Notes under the pieces: generated by a model
The model's database searches: none
Told to the model about the DNA's origin: nothing
What the model saw: only the letters and a program-made list of their open reading frames with translations
Origin: a virus
Taxonomy: Duplodnaviria > Caudoviricetes
Virus record (IMG/VR): IMGVR_UViG_3300020187_000198
Span: 1-25,089 of that record
Strand: one strand, 5' to 3'
Length of the DNA: 25,089 bases
Program-made: the position numbers and the translations under genes
Shown here: positions 14,342 to 24,947 of the stretch, in pieces
Position numbering within the stretch: position 1 is the stretch's first letter
Layout: each line of letters opens with the position of its first letter

Positions 14342-17300
14342 CTCTCTGTCGCTAGAAGCTGTTGAATTAACTTCCAACGCTCTTCAAACTCTCTGCCTTT
14401 TGCTTCGCCAAATAAAAGGTCTGACTTCTTAATAGTATTCTTCAGAGTACTGTCTGACATTGCCCATGCCTCATAATCACCCCGAACAAGAGATCTTGCA
14501 TCTTTTCTAGTAACGCCGTTAGACCGCAAAACCATCATCAGTTCGGTATCAGTTAAGCCTGAGGATCTTGCCGCTGACACTAGCTTTATCATGCGCTCAA
14601 AGCCTTCTCTTCTTGCGCGAGAGGCTCTTTCAAATGCATTGATTAGATCTCCATTAGATACTTCGTTAGGGTCTCTAAACGTAGATGTGAGAAGCGAGGT
14701 GGCATCTCTCTTATCTTGGTTAAACTCGTATGCTTTGAAGTGCAAGCTAACTTTAGGGTCGAAGGTAGTCGATCTGAATCCAACTAACGCCAGCATCTCA
14801 TCGCGCATTTCGTATTTTTTACCTGACTTGCTGACTTCCCCAAAAAAAGCCTTACTTATTCTATTGACATTTTGAAGCACAGAAGGAGCCATATTTTTAA
14901 TCATGAACCCAGTCATATCTACAGTAATATTAGACGCAGTATCTGCGGGGTTATATATTCTTCCGCCCGAATCTTTTTCATTTATCATTAGGTTGAAGAC
15001 AGTACCCGCTGAAATATCCTTACCAAAGAATGGTGATAGCATTTCTTGAGCAGATTGAGCTAAAGCATCATCTACAGGCTGATCTCTTAGTAGCGCATTG
15101 ATAGGTCTCTTCCAGTAAGCGTATGGGTCAAGATAGGTCAGGTCTATGTACTCTAAGTCACCTTTCTCGTCTCGACCTGTAACGACTATATTTGAGTTTC
15201 TAGACCATTCAGGACTCATAAGGCGAATAGCCTCTTCCTCCTCTTCCGAAACATCCCATGCCGCAAATGCCGCCGCTTGGATAGCGTATATACCGCCACT
15301 GACCAAAGCCATACCGGCAAGCCTACGGTGAGCAGAAGCCCTCATATCTGGGTCTGCCATGTCCTGCTTTAGGTACTTGAACATGTTGAAACTAGTTCTA
15401 ATAATCTCCGCAGGGAAAGACACAAATGTTCCAGCTAAAGGGAATCGCCTTAACTGTTGCATTGCTCTACCAATTAAACTGTAGGTAGGATAGGTGTTTC
15501 GTATTCTTTCTGCGGCAATTGGTGCGGCTTCTTCGTAGCTAAGACCTTTAGCCTCCATGAGCAAATCCATCTCATTTTGGAATCCTACAATCTTCCAGAA
15601 ATCATCACCAAATTGGTAGAACTTAGCGGCTTTGCTAGCCCACCGTTGCATTTCCGATTTTGCTTTACCAAGCTTTCCCTTAGCCATTTCTGAGCCGACA
15701 AGATCATTTTGTAGAGCATCAATTCCGGAATCTTCCATCGCTTTAATAAGCTCGCCAGCTACAGGAGTGTCATAAATAACGCCAAGTCTTTTTAGCTCTC
15801 TAATGTAAGCTAACTCGCCTCCTACAGAGCGCATATAAGATTTATATACAGCTATTGATTTTTGCGTCTTGCTCCAATCAAAGTGACCATTAGCTATTGT
15901 AAAGAAGCCCGCTGACATAAAGTTTCTAGCAATAGTTGTAGGAGCAATAACTGTTTTGCCGTACTTAACAATGGAGTTAAGGGCAACAATATTGCGATAC
16001 ATGCCGTCGAGGGAGTCAAGTCCGTTAGCTTCGTCGAATCCCTGCTTTAATTCAGGAGTGACAAAAAATCCATTTAGTGGAGCCATAACACTAGACTGGT
16101 CTGCCGCTAGCTTTACATAAGCATCTGATGGCGCTGTCTCAGCAGTAAATAGGAATACTCCTTCACCTTGCTGTTTAACTTGCTCAAGGAACTTGTGGTT
16201 GAAAACCAACCGGCTTAACTTAGTAGCTGTCTTGACGAAATTAATTCTAGGTTCTTTGTATTCACCTAATAAAGCAAGTATCTCTGGAGCAATCGTGTTG
16301 TTCTTTTTCTTTAGAATAGATAGATCTTTTGCTCCAAGCTTAGAGTTAACAATGAAAGAACCAATGCCATCAAAGGCAGTGCCTTCTTTAAGAATTGTGT
16401 TTATAACCCTCTCAACATTAGTTGCACCGTTTCTCTCTAAATATGCTTTAGCATCATCCAGTACGTTATCCGGTACGCTTTTTGCCCAATTAGGGTCATC
16501 AAAAGCCCTGTAAGATCGGTTTAAATACTTACCAAGATTAGACTTAAAGGTACTTAGCAAGCTTTGCTTTGCTTCTATTTCTTTAGTTTGTGTTTCACTA
16601 TCTAGAGCATCGAGTTGTGATTGGATGACTGTTGAGTAATCCGCTGAGTACTTGTCAATATACCGTCTCATCCGACCAATTACTTCTTTGACTGCCTTAG
16701 GCAGATCGAGAGACTCTAGCTGATCAACAGGCACTTGCAATGCGTCATTTAAAAGAGACTCTGGAACATCAGTTCCTTCAGGATATGCGTTCTTTATTGC
16801 CTCATCGTATGATGCAATGTGCATTCTAATATCTATTTCAACAGCACCAATCTCGCCATCTCTCTTTATCTTAGACTCAAACACCTCATCGTTTAATAAT
16901 CCTTGAGGTGCTAGGTTTCGCCTAAAAGTTCTTGATGCCCAGTCAGTAGCTTTATCAATAAAAGATTTCTCTTCTCTGATTCTCGCGTTCTGAGCGGCAT
17001 TAGCCTCTTCAGGGGTTAGGTTAGGGGCTGACTCTTGTCTTGGGGGTGAGGAAAGCAGGTCATCACTTTGAGCCTTAGCTGGATCGAACTGGGCGTTTAC
17101 TGAGCGGATGTTCGGAGAACCTTGAGGGAATACAACAACAGTTGACCTAGGACCAGTAGCATTGATAAAGACAGGGTCATTAAGATTTTCAAAAATAACC
17201 TGATCGTAGCCCCTTTTGAACGCTCTATTAACCACTACGTCGGTTGACGTAGGGTTCGCCTGACTATCAAAAGGGTGTGGTATGTCAAAAGCATTATCGC

Positions 17301-20300
17301 TTTCACTAGCGTCTATTACTAAAGGGTTGCGACCTTTTTTTATATAGACAGGATAAATATGCCCTCTATGATTCCCTTCTGATTCTTCAAGTAATGACCC
17401 TCCGGCAGGGTCAGATCCTGCGTATTGGTTTGCAACCTCGCTGTTATCTGTCAAATAAATGCCAGCACTTCTGTGACCAACTTTAAAGTTTCTATACCCC
17501 ATTAGGGTTTCTTTGCCAGACACTAAAGAGCCATGGTAATAAACAGTATCCGTATCAAACCCCTGAGCCTTAGCTTGCATCATTCGCTCAGGGTTTCTTC
17601 GAGGTGGTGAGCTTAGGAAAGCTACTTCTTGAGGAGGAACCCCAAGCTTCTTGGAGTTCTTTTGAATAAAGAGATTTAACTTGGTATCACGAGCTTCAGC
17701 TAGGCTTTTTGCGATTCCTTCAGCTTGCTGGAAATCACTAAGGCGCTGTTTGATAGACCCATGCGCTCGTTGAATTCTCGCGTTTCCTTGCCGCGTAAGA
17801 TCTGACGCGGGACTTTTCCTTCGTAACGCGGCAATGATTTGCTTTTCGGTGAGGTCTCTGACCTTTCCATTTTGTTTCCTCTGGACTTTGCCAATTAGTT
17901 CTTGAGCTTGTTCAGTATATAAAGATTCTTTGAAAGAAGCAAAAACATCGTCGTAGTTTTGAATTTCAGAATAGCCAGCAGGTTGCCACTGAGCGTCTTT
18001 AGTGCCGATATTAGTTATGCCTGAATCATCAACAACCAATATCTGGTCAGCCGCTAAAGCAATCTCATTCATATCTGGCGTGACAGGATCAAACGTCTCT
18101 TGATCAAAAGCCAAAACATTAAACTCGTAACCATTCGGGTAACGAGTAAAGTTAACCTCAACCCCTTCCGGCAATGCGTTAGCAAATGCTTCTATCTGAT
18201 CTCTTGAGAGAGCATCTAAGGTTTCTACGAACACCTGACTGGTTTCCGTGTAACCCTCTCTAAGTCCGTCAGCGATATCGATAATGTGTGACGCAGGAAC
18301 TGCATCCTGATCCCACTGCTTAGACAGTGAAGTCATTAGAACATTTAATTGATCACTTGTTACAGAAGCCGGAACAGGCACTCGAATATTGGGAGATACA
18401 TCACCCTCATAAGTACCACCCACAGCAAGAGGAACGCCTCCTGTTGAGGTGGAAACTCTTGTGGGCTTGGCATCAACCTTAGACAGACCGAGAGCCTTAA
18501 AGTACGCTGTGAATGGATTGGTTGCGCCCTGAGAAGACTTATTTAAAAGCGTGGCAAAAATAGAGTGGTACTCATCGGCAATTTTTTGGTCGTTCTGCTC
18601 AATTGCGGCATCAAATACTGCTCTGGCGTCCTTACCTATATCATTGCGAAGGCTGTTAATTTCAGCGGTAATAGTTCTTTTTTCTCGGAAAGTAGCCGTT
18701 GTAGGGCTTAGTGCCGCAGGAACTCTTGGGTCTAGCAGTATTTCTTTAGTAATTTTGTCGTCAGGAACCGCTATACCAGCTTCCTTTAATATCTGTATTG
18801 CGCCTTTTCTGTCTCTTCGACCAGATGAGTCTTTTCGTAAGAGCGACATACTGTAGTCATCAACATCATTTACTCCACCAGATATTTCCTCAGCAGAGGC
18901 TGATTGATAGGCGGCTAAAGCATCCGCGTCAGACACGCCTTCAGCATTCTTGTCTTGAATAAATTCATTTTTGTATCTTTGCTCAACCCAGCCAAGAGCC
19001 TGTAATTGCCATGTTTCGTATGGTTGCGCTCCATCAGGAAGATTGGCGTTTAGTTTATCTCTTAACCCTATATAGAACCGCGACATCACCTCATACAACT
19101 CAGGGTTCTTGCCAATGGATTCGCCGTCAGTATTAAATGTTGCGGCTACCTGTCTATCGTTTGTTGATAGGGTGGGCTTAGACATACCAAGAACTAAATG
19201 CATCGTGCCGCCAAAGGAACCTGTTTTTAATCCTTCAAGATCAGAAGTTTTTAGGGCATCCGTTACGTTTTTCTTAATAACAAGATCGTTATCTATTGGC
19301 TTACCTTGCAAATAATTAGCGTAACTCGCAATAGTGCGATGCATGTTTACAAAAGGGTTTGCTACAGGACTTGTTGCCGCCACGACAGATATAAATTGTT
19401 TTATCTCTTTGTTTGATAAATCAGGTAATACTTCTCGCATAGCTTCCGCTGAAACTTCATACCAGTACCTTGCATTATCAGATAGCTGAAGCGCACGATC
19501 CCAGAACTCAACCGTATTAGCATTAATGCCCAAACGCTCTACCGTCTGCTTGGCTAGATTACCAACCTGCCCCTCCGCATTAGTGTCTGTTAGGCGAATA
19601 GCCTCATCAAAAATTGAATCAAGATCCGCTTGAGGTATATCAAGACCATCTCCACGACGAGACAAATCAAGGTCTGAGTATCTTCCTCCAGAAATTGTTT
19701 TAAGAGGCTGTCCTTCTTTGTACTCGCCAGCAATTCTTTCGCTGTAGGGGATATGCTTTTGAAGCTGAACTAATGATCGAACTTTTGCTTGATTGTAGGC
19801 AGGGTCAATTTCTTGAAGCCTATTTAAACTTTCCTGCTCTTTAGCTGGCGAAAAAAGAAAGTCATCATCAAAGGATGCAAGATCATCTTCAATATCTAGC
19901 TGACTTACCTCTTCATCTAATCGCTGTTCTTCTCTGGCTTGTTGCTCTTGAAAATCGGAGTCTAGTTGTACAGGCTGTCCAGTATCGACCCTGTCTTCAC
20001 GTTCGGGCGATCCTTCCACGATGGGACTGGCTTTTTCCTGACGAGCGCCATCTCCGCGAGAGAGTTGATCTCCTTCTCGGTCTTGAACTTGAACGCCTCT
20101 GGACTCGGCTCGTGACCGAACTTCTTCTTGTACTGTTCCAAGCTCTCCGACAGTGGCTTCGGCTTGATTGTCATTTTGGGCATTTTGATTAGTCTCCTTT
20201 GAAGGCTCTCTGAGCAACTTCACAAGATAATTATACGTTGTTGGGGCTGAACTTTCGAGTAGCTCAGGATTAGAGTGCAATACTGCAAACGCTTGAGCAA

Positions 20301-22761
20301 ACGCCTCTTTCTTTAATACGTTAATCGCTGACTCAGCTTTATCAGGTCTAGCATTGACCCAGCTAAATATATGCCCAAACGGATACGACATCTCTCTACC
20401 AAGCTCAGTCTTTTGCTCATAGTTTTGACCAAGCTCAAATAAGACATCACCAAGCTCAACGTCTAAACCATTGGCTCCCATCTCGTTTATCTCGGCATAA
20501 AACTCCACGCTGTTGTCTGTAATGTTGTTATTAACGTCAAACGCATGACCAATTTCATGAGCAATGGTGTAGCGAATTTTTTCGGCGTCACTAGCATTAT
20601 TAGCCAGATTGTTAACATAGCCTTTCTTTAAAGAAACATAGCCAGCGTTCATGCTGTAGGAGCCATCACTATTCTTCATGCTGGGGTGTGACGCAGGGTC
20701 ATGTATCCCTATACCTTGGAAGTCGTTTAAAACCGACTTAGGCATACCCATTTCAATAAGATCCACAACGGCATTTAAGATTTCGTTTTTAGGGGCATCA
20801 TCACCGTAAAACTCTTCAGCACCAACTACAGGATTACCATCCACTACTTCTGGATTTGCAATACTTAAAGTGGTTTTTAATCGCTCTTCATCGATAGGCG
20901 TTCTTTCCGCGCCTAGCTCCTTATTAACTTCAGCTATGGCTTCCGGTAAGGAAACTTGAGCAGGTCTTCTTACTGAGCCAACATACTTAGATTCAGAAAA
21001 AAACTTTTTATCTGTCGGCTTAAACAGCATTGATGATTGAACAGACTCTTCAATCTCTAAAACAGCAGACTGGTTATCGGTCTCTGGCAGTAATTCAGCA
21101 ACCTCTAGCGCCTCATCAACTGAGACTTCATCGTTAATTGGTGTGCCAGACTCCGCGCCTCTTTGTACAATCACTTCTTGGATTGAGACAGGTAAATCGT
21201 CTAATGGTATTAACGTACCTGTGTAGCCCTGAGGTTTGTTTATTTGCGCCTCAATGCGCTGTACTATCTCAGGTTCTCTTATTGTTTTGTTTTTACCTTT
21301 CTCATCCCTTACAGCAAGACTAATAGGGTTTCCTTTATCGTCTCTTCGTATTGTGGTGAGGGTAAGTTCTTTTCCCCGCAAAATAAATTTTTTGCTTTCA
21401 GGATCAATTGTTACATCGTTTTCAAAAACAACATTTTCGTCTGTCGGGATAATACCCAACTGCTCTGGTGACTGTGCTTCACCGCTTTCAATGAAGATAT
21501 CTTCATCCTGAGATACAACAAAAAATCCTTCATCTCTTTTTGTTAAAACACCTTTTACACCCTCATAAGTAACGTCCTGTCCAGATAGAGAGTCTAGAGA
21601 AGGGGCTTTGTCTTGAGGAAGGTCAATAACCTCTGTCTGTTCAGTTTTTTGAGGTTCGTTTTGGACTGGCTCTTCTTCAGCAAGACGTTGATCAGGAATC
21701 TTATTAGCGTCACCATCATATTCCAAAAGATTTGTAGGCGAACTTATTTCACTGCGCGGATCTTTCGCTATACCGGAAACACCACCTATTGCCGCACCGC
21801 CGATGATTCCCGCAACTGCTGAGTTAAGATATTGTGAAAGCTTATCTTCCGAAGTCATTCTCTCAAGCCAAGAGCTTTCTACTTGAGGATTGTCGCTTCT
21901 TATATATTCAAGGGTAGCGTTTTGTATAACCTCTTGCAGTCCCTCAACAACGCCCTCCGCTCCGGCGCTTTTAGCTCCCTGTTTTATAATTCTTTTAGCC
22001 ATGCTGGGTTGCTTGGCTATGTTTCCAGCTATCGCCTCTGAGGCGTCCTTAAATGTCTTTTGAGGCAATATTCGTTTTAATGCTCTCATTGGGGTGTACT
22101 GATCTAAAGCGCCGCTTGCTACACCTGTAATTAAGGCGGCTATTGGGGCTTCTTCACCACCTTCTTCTAATACTTTTGTAAACGATTCACCAGCGCCAGC
22201 GGCTGTACCGAAAGCAAGCGCACCACCTATCTGCCCCCTTACTGCCTTTTTGCCAAGCGCCTCCTGACCTGCCTTTGTTTTTGCAAAGTTTTTTGCGCCC
22301 TGTCTTTTGGCTAACTTCTGCGCTGAAGGCTTTATCGCCTTATCCATCGCTTTGGCGGCAATCTTTTTTAAACCACCTTTTGCTATTGCTCCACCTGCCG
22401 CACCACTGAGTCCACCGCCAAGCAAGCTAGAGCCTAAATTACCGATAATGTATGCAGTGTAATTAATGCCATCAACGAACCCATCGATCTCTTCTAGGCT
22501 ACCAACTGCGGCTTCATTTCTCATTGCATCAGTCATTTGCTCGTTGTAATACTGCATGCCATCAACGAACCACTCATCATTGCCAAACAAGCTACCAGCC
22601 AAGGCTTTACCGCCACCGCCAATAAGCCCTTGAAGCTGATCAATGCCAGCACTAAAGCCCTTACCTATCTCGCTTAAAGGGTTGGTATCCTCTTCTCTAT
22701 CCTTGCTGACCCTAAGAGAGGTCGGCTTGCGCGAGGCATATAGGTTTTCGGAATAAAGCAT
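14338..22761 (-). CDS. Giant internal virion/DNA-ejection polyvalent protein (zincin HExxH, ART-like and other domains)
   Basis: 2807-aa ORF; Gly/Ala-rich N-terminus; HEIGH; YHGS...GIYLT...IYPVY...GYDQVI...NIRSVNAQFDP; last gene of an ejection-type cluster. Confidence 0.85.
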   Translation of the reverse strand: MLYSENLYASRKPTSLRVSKDREEDTNPLSEIGKGFSAGIDQLQGLIGGGGKALAGSLFGNDEWFVDGMQYYNEQMTDAMRNEAAVGSLEEIDGFVDGINYTAYIIGNLGSSLLGGGLSGAAGGAIAKGGLKKIAAKAMDKAIKPSAQKLAKRQGAKNFAKTKAGQEALGKKAVRGQIGGALAFGTAAGAGESFTKVLEEGGEEAPIAALITGVASGALDQYTPMRALKRILPQKTFKDASEAIAGNIAKQPSMAKRIIKQGAKSAGAEGVVEGLQEVIQNATLEYIRSDNPQVESSWLERMTSEDKLSQYLNSAVAGIIGGAAIGGVSGIAKDPRSEISSPTNLLEYDGDANKIPDQRLAEEEPVQNEPQKTEQTEVIDLPQDKAPSLDSLSGQDVTYEGVKGVLTKRDEGFFVVSQDEDIFIESGEAQSPEQLGIIPTDENVVFENDVTIDPESKKFILRGKELTLTTIRRDDKGNPISLAVRDEKGKNKTIREPEIVQRIEAQINKPQGYTGTLIPLDDLPVSIQEVIVQRGAESGTPINDEVSVDEALEVAELLPETDNQSAVLEIEESVQSSMLFKPTDKKFFSESKYVGSVRRPAQVSLPEAIAEVNKELGAERTPIDEERLKTTLSIANPEVVDGNPVVGAEEFYGDDAPKNEILNAVVDLIEMGMPKSVLNDFQGIGIHDPASHPSMKNSDGSYSMNAGYVSLKKGYVNNLANNASDAEKIRYTIAHEIGHAFDVNNNITDNSVEFYAEINEMGANGLDVELGDVLFELGQNYEQKTELGREMSYPFGHIFSWVNARPDKAESAINVLKKEAFAQAFAVLHSNPELLESSAPTTYNYLVKLLREPSKETNQNAQNDNQAEATVGELGTVQEEVRSRAESRGVQVQDREGDQLSRGDGARQEKASPIVEGSPEREDRVDTGQPVQLDSDFQEQQAREEQRLDEEVSQLDIEDDLASFDDDFLFSPAKEQESLNRLQEIDPAYNQAKVRSLVQLQKHIPYSERIAGEYKEGQPLKTISGGRYSDLDLSRRGDGLDIPQADLDSIFDEAIRLTDTNAEGQVGNLAKQTVERLGINANTVEFWDRALQLSDNARYWYEVSAEAMREVLPDLSNKEIKQFISVVAATSPVANPFVNMHRTIASYANYLQGKPIDNDLVIKKNVTDALKTSDLEGLKTGSFGGTMHLVLGMSKPTLSTNDRQVAATFNTDGESIGKNPELYEVMSRFYIGLRDKLNANLPDGAQPYETWQLQALGWVEQRYKNEFIQDKNAEGVSDADALAAYQSASAEEISGGVNDVDDYSMSLLRKDSSGRRDRKGAIQILKEAGIAVPDDKITKEILLDPRVPAALSPTTATFREKRTITAEINSLRNDIGKDARAVFDAAIEQNDQKIADEYHSIFATLLNKSSQGATNPFTAYFKALGLSKVDAKPTRVSTSTGGVPLAVGGTYEGDVSPNIRVPVPASVTSDQLNVLMTSLSKQWDQDAVPASHIIDIADGLREGYTETSQVFVETLDALSRDQIEAFANALPEGVEVNFTRYPNGYEFNVLAFDQETFDPVTPDMNEIALAADQILVVDDSGITNIGTKDAQWQPAGYSEIQNYDDVFASFKESLYTEQAQELIGKVQRKQNGKVRDLTEKQIIAALRRKSPASDLTRQGNARIQRAHGSIKQRLSDFQQAEGIAKSLAEARDTKLNLFIQKNSKKLGVPPQEVAFLSSPPRRNPERMMQAKAQGFDTDTVYYHGSLVSGKETLMGYRNFKVGHRSAGIYLTDNSEVANQYAGSDPAGGSLLEESEGNHRGHIYPVYIKKGRNPLVIDASESDNAFDIPHPFDSQANPTSTDVVVNRAFKRGYDQVIFENLNDPVFINATGPRSTVVVFPQGSPNIRSVNAQFDPAKAQSDDLLSSPPRQESAPNLTPEEANAAQNARIREEKSFIDKATDWASRTFRRNLAPQGLLNDEVFESKIKRDGEIGAVEIDIRMHIASYDEAIKNAYPEGTDVPESLLNDALQVPVDQLESLDLPKAVKEVIGRMRRYIDKYSADYSTVIQSQLDALDSETQTKEIEAKQSLLSTFKSNLGKYLNRSYRAFDDPNWAKSVPDNVLDDAKAYLERNGATNVERVINTILKEGTAFDGIGSFIVNSKLGAKDLSILKKKNNTIAPEILALLGEYKEPRINFVKTATKLSRLVFNHKFLEQVKQQGEGVFLFTAETAPSDAYVKLAADQSSVMAPLNGFFVTPELKQGFDEANGLDSLDGMYRNIVALNSIVKYGKTVIAPTTIARNFMSAGFFTIANGHFDWSKTQKSIAVYKSYMRSVGGELAYIRELKRLGVIYDTPVAGELIKAMEDSGIDALQNDLVGSEMAKGKLGKAKSEMQRWASKAAKFYQFGDDFWKIVGFQNEMDLLMEAKGLSYEEAAPIAAERIRNTYPTYSLIGRAMQQLRRFPLAGTFVSFPAEIIRTSFNMFKYLKQDMADPDMRASAHRRLAGMALVSGGIYAIQAAAFAAWDVSEEEEEAIRLMSPEWSRNSNIVVTGRDEKGDLEYIDLTYLDPYAYWKRPINALLRDQPVDDALAQSAQEMLSPFFGKDISAGTVFNLMINEKDSGGRIYNPADTASNITVDMTGFMIKNMAPSVLQNVNRISKAFFGEVSKSGKKYEMRDEMLALVGFRSTTFDPKVSLHFKAYEFNQDKRDATSLLTSTFRDPNEVSNGDLINAFERASRARREGFERMIKLVSAARSSGLTDTELMMVLRSNGVTRKDARSLVRGDYEAWAMSDSTLKNTIKKSDLLFGEAKGREFEERWKLIQQLLATES

Positions 22762-22793
22762 TCAATGCTCCGTAAGATTGGGAGAAAATTTGT

Positions 22794-24338
22794 TTAAAAT
22801 ACTGTTGGAACATTGGGTGCTTGCTCGCCGTAAGCACCGTAAACTTGAGAGCCAAAAATCCTATCTTGAAACTTCCGCCAGCCGTCCGCGTCATCTACAA
22901 TAATTTTTGACTTATCTTTGCTTAAACCCATGTATGTCCTTGCTTCCATTACCTGAGAGTCGGTCAACGGTCTATACTCCTCTCCTTTACTTTTATATTT
23001 GCGCTGAAAAAGTGACTCAAGCCTAGTGACTGCCGGTAATGATCTTGTTTGAGCAATTTCGCCAGCAGTTTCATCTCTGTAACTTATAGGGATAGAATCT
23101 CCAGTAAGAAGCTGATGTCTAATGTATTCTTTTTTTAATTTAGGATCTTGAGCTAATTCTCCAAAAGTTTTATTTGAGCCTTGCATGACCTTTTGATCTG
23201 CCCTAAATTCCAACCTTTCATCAAAAAGCTGTTCCGCTTCATTCATTGCCCTAACATAAGATGGGCGGTCATATTGACCATTCTTGCGGTACTGTGCTTC
23301 TGCCATTCCGTTGTACAATGCTTCTTTATTTTTTGAAATTTCAGAACTGTAATGAACCATACCAGCAAATCCGCCAGTAAATTCTTCGGCATTAATTTTT
23401 ACAGCCAGTCCATTTGACTCCCTTCCCTCGGTTGCTGGTGCTATATATTTTGTTATCCGACCCTCCTTGTCCTTTACTCGCACAAGAACCGATACTCCGA
23501 TAGATCCATCTGAATTAGCAACAATGTCGTAGGCTTCCTTAGAGATAATCTCGTACTCTCCTGTCCTAAAATTTGGAGGAGCGTTAGTAAATGGATGTGG
23601 TTGACCTTCAACCGTAGCTGGAATAATTTCTCCAATACCTTTAGTATTTTTAGAAATTAAAATGTTTGTGCCGCCTAAAATATTTTCTTTATTAGACAGA
23701 TCCTGTCCGCTTGCAAATACCTGTATGTCCTTTGATACGTTTTGAGCAACCTCAGGAGTAAACGGATTCAAAGCACCCTTAATAGATAGAACGCTATTAT
23801 CTGTTGCCTGAATAGCTTGGTTGAATGCCCCAGCATTAGTGTCATTTAAACCCTCTACCGGAACTTCAAATGCTAAAAGATTGTTAGCGGCTTGACCGGC
23901 GGCTACAATCTTTTCTTCTTTTACCCTGTCTGTTTTCTTTTGGTCTAAAGCCGCGTTTTCCTTATCAAATATTGTCTGTTTATTTGCTGAGTCTATTTTG
24001 TTTTGTGCAAGCTTTGCCTTGAGTTCGGGGTTTGTTTCAGGATTTAAGAGGCTTTTCTTATAAGCTAACTCTTTTTCACGAAAGGTATTATTTAAGTCTC
24101 TTTGATCGGCGGCTGTTTTAAGATCAGTCGCTCTGTTTGTAGCCGCTAAAGCATCTCGATTAGTTCTATAGTCAAGGTCAGCCTGTCGGTCTTTTCGGCG
24201 CTCTTTTCGATCTTCATCTCTAAGTCTTAGTTCTTCTTCAGCAAGTTCTTGCCTAGCAAAATTATCTTGTACATTAGATACAAGACCAAAACCTTGAGTG
24301 AATCCGTCTGCAAAACCACCATATTTATTAAGTGCCAT
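22794..24338 (-). CDS. Putative internal virion/ejection protein
   Basis: GGFADGFTQGFGL N-terminus followed by a charged coiled coil; gene context. Confidence 0.7.
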   Translation of the reverse strand: MALNKYGGFADGFTQGFGLVSNVQDNFARQELAEEELRLRDEDRKERRKDRQADLDYRTNRDALAATNRATDLKTAADQRDLNNTFREKELAYKKSLLNPETNPELKAKLAQNKIDSANKQTIFDKENAALDQKKTDRVKEEKIVAAGQAANNLLAFEVPVEGLNDTNAGAFNQAIQATDNSVLSIKGALNPFTPEVAQNVSKDIQVFASGQDLSNKENILGGTNILISKNTKGIGEIIPATVEGQPHPFTNAPPNFRTGEYEIISKEAYDIVANSDGSIGVSVLVRVKDKEGRITKYIAPATEGRESNGLAVKINAEEFTGGFAGMVHYSSEISKNKEALYNGMAEAQYRKNGQYDRPSYVRAMNEAEQLFDERLEFRADQKVMQGSNKTFGELAQDPKLKKEYIRHQLLTGDSIPISYRDETAGEIAQTRSLPAVTRLESLFQRKYKSKGEEYRPLTDSQVMEARTYMGLSKDKSKIIVDDADGWRKFQDRIFGSQVYGAYGEQAPNVPTVF

Positions 24339-24347
24339 CTTGATAAC

Positions 24348-24947
24348 CTAATCGAATAATTTGTTAAGTAAAAATGCTACGCCAAGACCAATTGCTACTG
24401 GTGCGGCTATTGTTCCAAGAGTCGCCATCCCTCCGCTAGATCCTGCGGCTACCGTAGTTCCCTCAGCGGCGGCGGCTCCCTCAGCTATTGCAACACCACC
24501 CTCGGCTAACTCAGCCGCTTTAACGGCATTCGCTACGTTGTTGATTCCGCCAGCTACCTCTGCGGCTGATCCAGCCGTCTGAGTGGCTTCAATAGCGCTG
24601 GCTACGTTGTTGATTCCACCTGTTAACTCTGCGGCAGTTCCTGCACCTTCAGCCAATCCAGCCACTGTCGATCCTGTAGCGTTTGCTGAAACTCCCTCAA
24701 CAGCCCCAGCGACACTATTAATTCCTTGACTTGCGGTTTTCGCCGCCTTACCAGCCTCTAAAGCTTTTTGTACACCATAAGCACCGCCAATACCTGCGCC
24801 GGTAGAATACATTTGAGTTTTTTGGGCTTGCTCTGCCGCTTCTAACTGATCAGCTATAGCGTTCTCTTGCGCTTCTAACTCAGCAACACTTTTCATGCCT
24901 TGGTTTGCTAGGTTTCGTAACCCATAACCTGCCGCTAGGATTGTCAT
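24348..24947 (-). CDS. Ala/Gly-rich putative ejection (pilot) protein with C-terminal hydrophobic helix
   Basis: Composition; internal GINNVA-type repeats; IAAPVAIGLGVAFLL tail; AGGAGG RBS. Confidence 0.7.
   Translation of the reverse strand: MTILAAGYGLRNLANQGMKSVAELEAQENAIADQLEAAEQAQKTQMYSTGAGIGGAYGVQKALEAGKAAKTASQGINSVAGAVEGVSANATGSTVAGLAEGAGTAAELTGGINNVASAIEATQTAGSAAEVAGGINNVANAVKAAELAEGGVAIAEGAAAAEGTTVAAGSSGGMATLGTIAAPVAIGLGVAFLLNKLFD

Noticed and set aside
19962-20183. 73-aa alternative-frame ORF nested in the giant gene (also 17700..17894)
   Set aside because: Lies over a linker of the main ORF; looks protein-like but has no RBS or independent support from sequence alone, so not called
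14591-24582. Numerous plus-strand ORFs opposite the virion genes (and other antisense ORFs in the track)
   Set aside because: Shadow frames of long minus-strand genes with Ser/Leu-biased composition
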